DNA of 63,820 nt, counting the filler, from Octopus bimaculoides (taxonomy: Eukaryota): assembly GCF_001194135.2 (NCBI RefSeq). It is 8 parts of 7 records of this genome, joined end to end, with 100 filler letters (N's around TTAATTAATTAA, not from the genome) between each part and the next. Parts side by side here need not be neighbours in the genome. Positions count along the whole stretch, not along the records: positions 39,464 to 59,007 come from NC_068983.1; positions 59,108 to 61,599 come from NC_068997.1; positions 61,700 to 63,820 come from NW_026411344.1; 5 more parts are not named here. One strand, 5' to 3'. Shown in pieces: positions 52,901 to 63,820 of this stretch. Numbering within the stretch: the stretch's first letter is position 1; every line of letters begins with the position of its first letter. The translations under genes and the position numbers were made by a program. The notes beneath the pieces are model-generated. The model did no database searches. It was given only the letters and a program-made list of their open reading frames with translations, and was not told the DNA's origin.

Positions 52901-53119
52901 CATGACTGCATGTATTGTGTATAAACAATGTTTTTGTAAAGATTTTATATGCATTATGTATGTGTATATGATAGGATTACGTTTATATGTATTAATAAAG
53001 ATATACATATACGCATACATACACATGTGTGTGTTTGTGTGTGTGTGTGTGTACATGTATATGCATGTATGCTTGTGCGTATATATAANNNNNNNNNNAT
53101 ATATAATGTATTGAATACA

Positions 53120-53162
<43 letters not shown>

Positions 53163-53254
53163 AAATATATCTATATTCATTTACGTTCATATATTGATAT
53201 ATATAAATATATATATATATATTCATATATAGATATATATTTATCTATATTCAG

Positions 53255-53293
<39 letters not shown>

Positions 53294-53414
53294 NNNNNNN
53301 NNNNNNNNNNNNNNNNNNNNNNNNNNNNNNNNNNNNNNNNNNNNNNNNNNNNNNNNNNNNNNNNNNNNNNNNNNNNNNNNNNNNNNNNNNNNNTATATAT
53401 ATATATATACATAT

Positions 53415-53550
53415 TCTTTTCTACTCTAGGCACAAGGTCCGAAACTTTGGGGGAGAGGGCCAGTTGATTAGATCGACCCAGTACGCAACAGGTACTTAAT
53501 TTTTCAACCCCAAAAAGATGAAAGGCAAAGTCGGCCTCAGTGGAATTTGA
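53415..53550 (-). mobile_element. SINE 3' half
   Basis: TTTCTACTCTAGGCACAAGG...GATTAGATCGACCCAGTACGCAACAGGTACTTAATT...GATGAAAGGCAAAGTCGGCCTCAGTGGAATTTGA. Confidence 0.8.
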
Positions 53551-53589
53551 TATACATATATATTGTATTTTGTTTTTGCCAAAAGAACA

Positions 53590-53740
53590 CACACTCTATA
53601 TGTTCGTTCTTCACTCGTTATTGTTCTTATTTTATCTAATGTCCACTGTCTAGAAATCTTTCATCACACATCTGTGACTTCTTCAGTGACCTTTTCCATC
53701 CATGTGTATCCTCCTGCTCAACTTGGTCCATATGTATGTG

Positions 53741-53774
<34 letters not shown>

Positions 53775-54345
53775 CGTTTATCAATTCATTTTGCAAGATT
53801 CCTGATGTGAAATTGTGTGTTGAAACAGATATTGTTGTATTTCGGGATGGTCATTTTATTTATTTATTTTTCCTTTTTTTGCCAAATAAACACATGCACT
53901 ACATATATATTTTTTTCTTCACTCGTTTATTACAGGTCTTATTTATTTTATTTTATGTCCATTGTCCGGAAATCTTTTGTCACACATCTGTGACCTCTTC
54001 AGCGACACTTTTCATTTCTGTGTGTGATCTTGCTCCATTTACTCCATTCTGTTCTTCTAAGATGTGTATCCTTATGTGCGCATGCATTTGTGTCCTTGTT
54101 TGGGGTGGGGGTGCATACGTGTGTGTATAGTGTGTGTGTATGCTTGTGTGTGTGTGTCATAGTTTTTAGCAGCAGTGTGGCCTTTCACTCAGCCCCATCT
54201 TCTCATCCCAATGTGCTGTTGCTATTGAGAAAAAAATAAGACTAGTAATAAATGAGTGAAGAAAAAAAACATATATAATGCGTGTGTTTATTTGGCAAAA
54301 AACATAAATAAATAAATAAAATGACCGTCCCAAAATACAACAATA
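53590..54345. repeat. Local direct plus inverted duplication
   Basis: 53600-53700 is repeated directly at 53915-54015; 53827-53945 is repeated inverted at 54228-54345. Confidence 0.8.
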
Positions 54346-54897
54346 TATATGTGTGTGCATGTGTATGTGTATATGTATACATATATATATTTATGTATAT
54401 ATATATATATATATATNNNNNNNNNNNNNNNNNNNNNNNNNNNNNNNNNNNNNNNNNNNNNNNNNNNNNNNNNNNNNNNNNNNNNNNNNNNNNNNNNNNN
54501 NNNNNNNNNNNNNNNNNNNNNNNNNNNNNNNNNNNNNNNNNNNNNNNNNNNNNNNNNNNNNNNNNNNNNNNNNNNNNNNNNNNNNNNNNNNNNNNNNNNN
54601 NNNNNNNNNNNNNNNNNNNNNNNNNNNNNNNNNNNNNNNNNNNNNNNNNNNNNNNNNNNNNNNNNNNNNNNNNNNNNNNNNNNNNNNNNNNNNNNNNNNN
54701 NNNNNNNNNNNNNNNNNNNNNNNNNNNNNNNNNNNNNNNNNNNNNNNNNNNNNNNNNNNNNNNNNNNNNNNNNNNNNNNNNNNNNNNNNNNNNNNNNNNN
54801 NNNNNNNNNNNNNNNNNNNNNNNNNNNNNNNNNNNNNNNNNNNNNNNNNNNNNNNNNNNNNNNNNNNNNNNNNNNNNNNNNNNNNNNNNNNNNNNNN

Positions 54898-54931
<34 letters not shown>

Positions 54932-54934
<3 letters not shown>

Positions 54935-55810
54935 GGTGCAATGAGTAAATTGTTGCCATTTTATGTTTTTAATTTTGCGCATATGCATTGTTTGTTTTTT
55001 ATTTTGTCAACTACACAGTATAATAGAGCCAGCAATTCGCTCGGCCAGAAATTTGGAAATGACATGCTGTACTGCTTGGCATTCACACTGGAAGCTCCAA
55101 TATGAACATTCACACTGGAAGCTCCATATGAACAGAGTGTTTGGGTATCAATCTGAAGACAGTGCAATCTGAAGACATGTAGCAATAGGGATAAAAATAA
55201 AAATACAGTCAATATCATGGTGTTTGGAGTGATCACTAGTGATGGTGACGTTATGCCTCTGTTCCTCTTCCCACACGGCCTCAGACTCAACACAGAGGTC
55301 CACATCAAGTGGCTGGAAGAGCTAGTGCTGCCCTGGGTCAAGAGAGTGGCTGCTGGAAGACACTGTGTCTGGTAACAGGACTCTGCACCATGCCGTACAA
55401 GCAGGAGAATTTAGTCATGGCTGTCACACAATTTCTGTGACCTGTGACCACATTGCCCCTAACATCTGACAACCTAACTCCCCAGACTGCAATCCTCTTG
55501 ATTATTATGTATGGGGCACAGTTGAGTGAGAGACCAACAAAATTCCTCGTAACACCAAAGATGAACTGAAGGCAAGATTATGGCAGCATTCACCAACCTA
55601 AACAAGGAGGCCATCCAGAAGAGTTGCAGGAGATTCTGAAGACGTCCGGAGGCCATGGTTGAAGCCAATGGCAATTTAACTGAATAAATTTACTCTTTAG
55701 TATTTCAAGATATTTTAAAGTAATTTTGGTAAACAAATCTGTTAAAATGAGACCTCAGTGCTATTTTCATTTTTGTATAATTTAGACGATAGTTTATTCA
55801 CCACACTCTG
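54932..55810 (+). mobile_element. Internally deleted maT (DD37D) Tc1/mariner-superfamily element
   Basis: TIRs CAGGGTGCAATGAGTAAATTGTTGCC and reverse-complement CAGAGTGTGGTGAATAAACTATCGTC. Remnants IMVFGVITSDGDVM, QDSAPC and PNSPDCNPLDYYVWG; spacing fits D37D once a 7-bp CTGTGAC duplication is removed. (TA)n on the left. Confidence 0.85.
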
Positions 55811-55921
55811 AGTGTTTGTGTGTGTGTGTGTGTGTAAAGCAACAAAAGCATTTACATAATCATGCAAACACATATATTATACATGTATTTTTTGTGTGTG
55901 TACTTTGTGGGGTTTGGGTGA

Positions 55922-55959
<38 letters not shown>

Positions 55960-56436
55960 ATATGTGTGTAGTTTGTGGGGGTTGGGGTGAATATGTGTGT
56001 GTGTGTGATATATCTGTGTGAGTTTTCATGTGTCTATGTGTCACTGTGTGTATGCATACCTGCTGTCCTTGTATGAATATGTGCAGTTTTAATTATATGT
56101 AAATATGTACGTCTCTATGTATATATAGTCTGTTACTATGAAGCTCTGGTGATCTCTACAGACAGCAATCCTGAATGTTACTGTGTCGACTGAAAGTTCC
56201 AGAAGAAAATCCTTGTCTTATATCTTCATAATATTCCTGGAGGCTTCATTACTTTTGTACTTCCTTCCTTCCTACATATCTACATACATTTATACATACA
56301 TATATTCCTACATAGAACTACGCGTGCACACATGCACACATGTGTATCAATGTAAATATACACATATATATATATACATAGATGCACACACATACATACA
56401 TACATAATACATACATACATATATATATATATTATA

Positions 56437-56470
<34 letters not shown>

Positions 56471-57441
56471 CATGTATATATATATGTATACATGTGTGTA
56501 TGTGCTTGTATGTATGTAGGCATGTTTGTATGTAGGTACATAGGTAGGGATGCATGTATATATGCATGCTTACATATACATATACATAATCATGCAAGTA
56601 TAGCTACATATTTATAAATGCACAGATGAAAACATATACATACATGTATACACTTGAACTTGTGTGTACACACACACACACATATATTATGAAAAAATAG
56701 GCATATGTGTGTATATATATATGTATGTATGCATGTATGTATGTATATATAGATACATACATACATACATACATACATACATGCATACATACATGTGAAT
56801 GTGTATGTATGTTTATACATACTTACATAAACACATACGTATACATGTAGGCATTAGCAAAAATAGATAAACACACACACACACAGACAAATACTTACAT
56901 GTACATGTATAATCCCATTCACTACATACACCCCAAAGTCTCAGAGACATAAAAGTATATGCATGAAATACATGAATATTCACATACATATATGTACATA
57001 CATTTACAAATATGCACGCACACACACACACACACACACATACAGACACACGTGCACACAGGCACACAAACATATACACACATGTGTGTGCACATACACA
57101 TACATACACGGAGCCAGTCTGGCCTTCACTTTATGGTGATAATTAGGAAAAACAATCATGAGGGCTCCGAGGCAGAGCATGGATAGTTTCATAAAAGTAT
57201 CAGTTTTGTTAATGAGATGAATGTAAATTATGGCACTACACAACCCCTAATGGCACTATGAACAGTGGCAGGATAGAGAATCACTTTGGAAATTACAGAA
57301 GAAATTATAAATACACACACACGTCTACACACATATATAAACACAATAACACACACACACACACACGTCCACACATACAAACACACAAACACAACAACAC
57401 ACATATTTTCATTTATATATCTACTAATCTCTCTCTCTTTT

Positions 57442-57499
<58 letters not shown>

Positions 57500-57611
57500 A
57501 ATGTACATTCATACATGCACACACACATACATACACATCCATTAAATATTCATGTATATCTAAATATATATCAACACATTTGTATATACACATATATATT
57601 TGGATGTGTGG

Positions 57612-57655
<44 letters not shown>

Positions 57656-57741
57656 TCACAAAAAACATATACATATACATAGACACATCGACCTACATAT
57701 AAATATTTTTACACATTACAGATGTCACATCTATAACATTC

Positions 57742-57789
<48 letters not shown>

Positions 57790-57950
57790 TACATATACAT
57801 ATAAATAACATCTACATACATATATAAAACATCAACATTATGTGTGTGTGTGTGTGTGTGTGTGTACACATATATGCATGCATGTGCATATGCTTGTGTT
57901 CATATGTATACATACATATCTGCGCCTATCTATCTATCTATCTCTCTTTC

Positions 57951-57993
<43 letters not shown>

Positions 57994-58069
57994 GTATGTA
58001 TATAAAATAAATATTTATAAACATATATGTACATATGTATTTATATATACATATGTATGTGTGTGTGTG

Positions 58070-58100
<31 letters not shown>

Positions 58101-58110
58101 NNNNNNNNNN

Positions 58111-58152
<42 letters not shown>

Positions 58153-58454
58153 CTGTGCTAGCAAGTAATATGTGAAATGCAATAATGATAATAATGATAA
58201 GAGCAATAACGAGACATGGAAAAAAAATTAATTAAATGAAAAAGAATAATGAAAAAGAGAAGAAAATGGAAAACAAGAAGAAAATAGAAACAGACGGTAA
58301 GAAGGATAATGAGAGGCTAGAAATGGTGGGAGAGAGTAAGTGATTAATGTAAAATAATAATAGAACAATAAACTAATAATAATTAATCAATCAGAAAAAA
58401 TATGTAATTAAGCAATAAAAGGCAACAGCAATCATAAACATAAATACATTCCCA

Positions 58455-58598
58455 TAATTAACACCAACAACAGCAGCGATGACAACATCGACAGCAGCAG
58501 CAGCAGCAGCAACAACAACAATGACAGTGGTAATAGCAATAACAGCTACAATAATACAAATAACAAAAATAAGAACAACTATAATAATAATGATGGTG

Positions 58599-58629
<31 letters not shown>

Positions 58630-58637
58630 TAATAATG

Positions 58638-58690
<53 letters not shown>

Positions 58691-58700
58691 ATAACATTAA
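58455..58700. repeat. Compound (AAC)/(AGC)/(AAT)n trinucleotide tract
   Basis: Read directly. A similar degenerate (GAT)n tract lies at 51360-51560. Confidence 0.9.
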
Positions 58701-58784
58701 TAATATATTGGTTATCTATACATTGTTTGGTTCACTAATACAATAATTTCAGAACACAGATATGTTCACTCACACACATACACA

Positions 58785-58819
<35 letters not shown>

Positions 58820-58844
58820 TTTATATATATATATATATATATAT

Positions 58845-59007
58845 GGGAGAATATACAAATAATAACAACAGACGAGGACAGGTGGTGTAAATAACAAAAG
58901 TATATATTAGTATGACGCTCGGGAATACGGAAAGTCTTTGACGTTTCGAGCTACGCTCTTCAACAGAAAGAATACGGAGACAAGGAGAAAAACACGGAGA
59001 AAAAAAA
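58845..59007 (-). mobile_element. Penelope-like terminal-repeat fragment with hammerhead-like motif
   Basis: Reverse complement TCTTT-CTGTTGAA-GAGC-GTA-GCTC-GAAACGTC-AAAGA; aligns with 35165-35290. Confidence 0.55.
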
Positions 59008-59107
59008 NNNNNNNNNNNNNNNNNNNNNNNNNNNNNNNNNNNNNNNNNNNNTTAATTAATTAANNNNNNNNNNNNNNNNNNNNNNNNNNNNNNNNNNNNN
59101 NNNNNNN

Positions 59108-59164
<57 letters not shown>

Positions 59165-59577
59165 AGACTCGGGTCAAGGACAATGGCAGAGTACGTGTTC
59201 TGCATATTTATGTATATATGTACATACGTATTTACGTTTATATGCAAATTTGCGTTTATTTATACATGCATGTATGTATACATAAACGCATGTATTAATG
59301 AATTCTATTCCTTGTACTGAGTGTCGGGCGTGGACAACGAATTCACACCTCGACACCGTACAATTTCTTATCCTGAGACATGAATATATTCAGTTCTGAC
59401 TTCTGTTTATCGGTACTACAATATTGACATATGCGTATATATATGTGCATTGGTTGTTTATAAAAAGCACATCTGATTCCGTTGATAAACAAATAACAAT
59501 TTTCCATATCAATTTAGAAATACATGTGTTATGCATTCCCGTTCTTGGAATGCGTAATTAGTTGACAAAAGTACAAT

Positions 59578-59700
59578 GTGCGCAGGCGTGGCCATGTGGT
59601 TTGAGAAGCATGCTTTCTCACTACGTTGTTTTGAGTTCAGTCATACTGCGTAGCGCCTCCTGCGAGTGTCTTCAACTAAAACCCGGGACGACCGAAGAGT
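59578..59700 (+). mobile_element. tRNA-headed SINE 5' part
   Basis: GCGCAGGCGTGGCCATGTGGTTTGAGAAGC...GAGTTCAGTC...GAGTGTCTTCAACTA. Confidence 0.7.
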
Positions 59701-59749
59701 GTGTGTAAATTTAATATAATAAGGAAACTGAAAGAAAAACATTGTGTAT

Positions 59750-59781
<32 letters not shown>

Positions 59782-60519
59782 NNNNNNNNNNNNNNNNNNN
59801 NNNNNNNNNNNNNNNNNNNNNNNNNNNNNNNNNNNNNNNNNNNNNNNNNNNNNNNNNNNNNNNNNNNNNNNNNNNNNNNNNNNNNNNNNNNNNNNNNNNN
59901 NNNNNNNNNNNNNNNNNNNNNNNNNNNNNNNNNNNNNNNNNNNNNNNNNNNNNNNNNNNNNNNNNNNNNNNNNNNNNNNNNNNNNNNNNNNNNNNNNNNN
60001 NNNNNNNNNNNNNNNNNNNNNNNNNNNNNNNNNNNNNNNNNNNNNNNNNNNNNNNNNNNNNNNNNNNNNNNNNNNNNNNNNNNNNNNNNNNNAATATGGT
60101 ATAACTGGTGGCACATAAATACACACACCAGTTATACCATATTCAATTCCAATGTAGATATAATACTACGAGTTAATTAATCTGTGTGCGTATGTGTGTA
60201 TGTGTATTTGTGGGTTCCTGTATGTTTGTGTGTTTGCTTTTGTGTATATATAGGTGTACGAGTATGTAGATGCTCTTCAACCGGAAGGCATTTGATGACG
60301 GTCTTAGTGGTACTCAGTATTCCGTTGTTGAAGAATGTGTGGGGTGTGGGAAGAATATTGGACTGGTATGTGAAAGAGACACAGAGGTATCTTGAACTTC
60401 CTCTCTAGAGATCTGCCCTTGCTGTCTCCTCAAGGTCATACTAGCGACCGACTTCAACATCAGCAGTGAATTTGTTAGAGCATCATGTAAAACTAATGTC
60501 ATTGTGTATAGGAAAACGA

Positions 60520-60625
60520 TCTCTCTCTCTCTCTCTATTTCTCTCTCTCTCTATTTCTCTCTCTCTTTCTTTCTATCTCTCGCTCTCTTTCTATCTATCT
60601 CTCTCTTTCTCTCTCTCTCTCTCTC

Positions 60626-60670
<45 letters not shown>

Positions 60671-60689
60671 TTCTCTCTCTCTCTCTCTT

Positions 60690-60729
<40 letters not shown>

Positions 60730-60776
60730 CCTCTCTCTCTATCTATCTATCTCTTTCTCTCTCTCTCTTTCTCTGT
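60520..60776. repeat. Long imperfect (CT)n tract
   Basis: Read directly. Confidence 0.95.
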
Positions 60777-60826
60777 TCACACATATACGCACATACATAC
60801 ACACACATATATTTATGTGTGTGTGA

Positions 60827-60859
<33 letters not shown>

Positions 60860-61018
60860 NNNNNNNNNNTCCGATCTTATATATACACACACACACACAA
60901 AAAAATATATATATACATACATGCATACATACATATTTGTACACACACACATATTTATATATATACATACACAGAGAAGGAGAGTGAGTGTGTGTGTGAG
61001 AGAGAGAGAGAGCGAGAG

Positions 61019-61067
<49 letters not shown>

Positions 61068-62204
61068 GAGTGAATCATTCTTACACATGTATACATATAT
61101 ATACGTGTGGTGGTGGTGGTGGTGGTGAGGGGGTGCATGTGTGTTTGTATGGGAGTGAATACACGTGTATATTCTCGGGGAAACTTATTTCGATGCTCTT
61201 CGTAAATCGGTCCCATGGGAGGATACAAGCAACACACACGATTATTTCCCATCCACAGCATGGTGATACACAGACACACAAGCACATATAGGACAGTCAA
61301 AGCGAGTCGAAACCGGTGCATACTCATCAATCGTTCTCTTCTTCATGAGGAGATCGTTTTGTAGTCTTCTTTACATTGACTTGTTGACAAAATGTCTTTG
61401 TTTTATGTTCTCAGTCAAATGACCGTGGAACACGTGAGCGCGTTTAACACACACTCACACATACTAATATGCTTACATACACAACTCCGTACAAACGTGT
61501 AGATACATACATGTATATATGTATATGTATACACACACACATACACACAAACACACAGACACACACAACCACATAAATATATATATATATATATATATAN
61601 NNNNNNNNNNNNNNNNNNNNNNNNNNNNNNNNNNNNNNNNNNNTTAATTAATTAANNNNNNNNNNNNNNNNNNNNNNNNNNNNNNNNNNNNNNNNNNNNT
61701 CAAGTTCCAAATGTGAATTTGCTTGTGTTAACTACATCCCAAAGATGGAGCCTTGTATCTTTGTTGGAAACAGTCTCCCTCCTCAGTGGAAGATTTGTAA
61801 TAAGTAATAAAAAAAAAAAAAGATAGACGAGACCTACATACATACTTTGAAATATTTTCATAGACACAGAGATATGCACCTTCATCTGCGTACAGAACCT
61901 CATGCATTGCAATACAAAGCCCACAGAGATATAATTGTCGTTTTGATGATATCACTATTTTCACATACTCATACATACACACACATATTTATATATACAT
62001 ACACCCATTTATATACAGTAACATGCAAACGTACACACACACACATACACACTCGCATACATGCACCCGCATGCACACACACATACAACATACACATATA
62101 TACATACATATACGAGCCAACAAGGGAGCCTCAAAGAAGCATCATCGCACACGGCCAGCCAGCTAGAAATAGCTACCAAATTTCTCTTTAATCATACTCT
62201 CTCT

Positions 62205-62392
62205 TTTACTCTTTTAGTTGTTTCAGTCATTTGACTGTGGCCATGCTGGAGCACCACCTTTAGTCGAACAAGTCAACCCCAGGACTTATTCTTAGTAAGC
62301 CTAGTACTTATTCTATCAGTCTCTTTTGCCGAACCGCTAGGTTATGGGGACATAAACATACCAGCATCGGTTGTCAAGCGATGTTGGGCGGA

Positions 62393-62400
<8 letters not shown>
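62205..62400 (-). mobile_element. SINE, same family as 46535
   Basis: GTTTCAGTCATTTGACTGTGGCCATGCTGGAGCACCACCTTTAGTCGAAC...GGTTGTCAAGCGATGTTGGG. Confidence 0.85.
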
Positions 62401-62454
<54 letters not shown>

Positions 62455-63387
62455 TTCGCATAAGTACCATATTCNNNNNNNNNNNNNNNNNNNNNNNNNN
62501 NNNNNNNNNNNNNNNNNNNNNNNNNNNNNNNNNNNNNNNNNNNNNNNNNNNNNNNNNNNNNNNNNNNNNNNNNNNNNNNNNNNNNNNNNNNNNNNNNNNN
62601 NNNNNNNNNNNNNNNNNNNNNNNNNNNNNNNNNNNNNNNNNNNNNNNNNNNNNNNNNNNNNNNNNNNNNNNNNNNNNNNNNNNNNNNNNNNNNNNNNNNN
62701 NNNNNNNNNNNNNNNNNNNNNNNNNNNNNNNNNNNNNNNNNNNNNNNNNNNNNNNNNNNNNNNNNNNNNNNNNNNNNNNNNNNNNNNNNNNNNNNNNNNN
62801 NNNNNNNNNNNNNNNNNNNNNNNNNNNNNNNNNNNNNNNNNNNNNNNNNNNNNNNNNNNNNNNNNNNNNNNNNNNNNNNNNNNNNNNNNNNNNNNNNNNN
62901 NNNNNNNNNNNNNNNNNNNNNNNNNNNNNNNNNNNNNNNNNNNNNNNNNNNNNNNNNNNNNNNNNNNNNNNNNNNNNNNNNNNNNNNNNNNNNNNNNNNN
63001 NNNNNNNNNNNNNNNNNNNNNNNNNNNNNNNNNNNNNNNNNNNNNNNNNNNNNNNNNNNNNNNNNNNNNNNNNNNNNNNNNNNNNNNNNNNNNNNNNNNN
63101 NNNNNNNNNNNNNNNNNNNNNNNNNNNNNNNNNNNNNNNNNNNNNNNNNNNNNNNNNNNNNNNNNNNNNNNNNNNNNNNNNNNNNNNNNNNNNNNNNNNN
63201 NNNNNNNNNNNNNNNNNNNNNNNNNNNNNNNNNNNNNNNNNNNNNNNNNNNNNNNNNNNNNNNNNNNNNNNNNNNNNNNNNNNNNNNNNNNAAGGTATCA
63301 TCACACCAGAGCCTTATCACCCACCATTGCAAAGAAATGGACTCTTCTAAAGGTACCCAAGAGTATGAGATCTTTTACTTGTTTCAG

Positions 63388-63470
63388 TGTGGAGGCGCAA
63401 TGGCCCAGTGGTTAGGATCGCGGTTTCGATTCCCAGACCGGGCGTTGTGAGTGTTTATTGAGCGAAAACA
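63388..63470 (+). mobile_element. SINE head with a 22-nt internal deletion
   Basis: GGAGGCGCAATGGCCCAGTGGTTAGG|ATCGCGGTTTCGATTCCCAGACCGGGCGTTGTGAGTGTTTATTGAGCGAAA compared with the intact copy at 28275-28369. Confidence 0.85.
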
Positions 63471-63654
63471 GATACGTATACTCTTAACATAATTCTCGGG
63501 TAGAATACTCGCGACATCAATGACAAGTCTGGTCTGGTCTTCTGAATTATAAGGTAGAGTCTATCGGACAGGCTTCTTTAGTTTCTTTCTACGCAAACTC
63601 ATATATCTGGCGGTGATGGGAGCAGTCTGTGGCTATTGTAAAATGCAATTATCT

Positions 63655-63740
63655 AAGATAGCCGCTTACTGGGATCGAACCCAAAGCTTCATAGTTAAAA
63701 ACAAGAGAACTTCCTTACCCCTCAGACATGCTTGGCTACA
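63655..63740 (-). mobile_element. Degenerate tRNA-like SINE head
   Basis: Reverse complement contains GGGTTCGATCCCAGTAAGCGG (B-box-like) and an A-box-like GTAGCCAAGC...GGTAAGG. Confidence 0.45.
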
Positions 63741-63820
63741 ACGATCACCATTAGCACTCTTGTAACTAACACAATTATCATTTAATTCGATCCCTAGCAC
63801 TGCAGCCATCACCACCCGGG

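Noticed and set aside
60280-60510. Higher-GC unique block that might be an exon or LINE endonuclease remnant (ILATDFN)
   Set aside because: Stops in most frames, no recognisable domain and no convincing splice sites.

Overview
AT-rich, microsatellite-saturated, gappy eukaryotic DNA whose repeat landscape (tRNA-headed SINEs, mariner/Tc1/maT remnants, Dong/R4 and CR1-group LINE pieces) suggests a coleoid cephalopod, probably Octopus (inference). Almost all long ORFs in the supplied track are artefacts of (TA)n/(CA)n/(AAT)n repeats or N runs. One host coding exon is recognisable: the minus-strand terminal exon of liprin-alpha (29931-29659, motif FRRAPSWRKKF). The main observation is that its TGA stop is followed in frame by 12 more codons ending T-V-Y-S-C-TAG, which matches the liprin-alpha YSC PDZ-binding tail, and there is no AG splice acceptor in between. 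This makes it a candidate for stop-codon readthrough or A-to-I recoding (UGA to UGG) that switches a synaptic PDZ ligand on and off, although a base-call error or private allele is not excluded. Other observations: a sharp CpG-depletion boundary just upstream of that exon (likely gene-body methylation), three large foldback elements, hammerhead-like motifs in Penelope-type repeats, and microsatellite-targeted insertions. Seven artificial TTAATTAATTAA gap linkers split the window into eight separately assembled pieces. Family names come from recalled motifs, not database searches.
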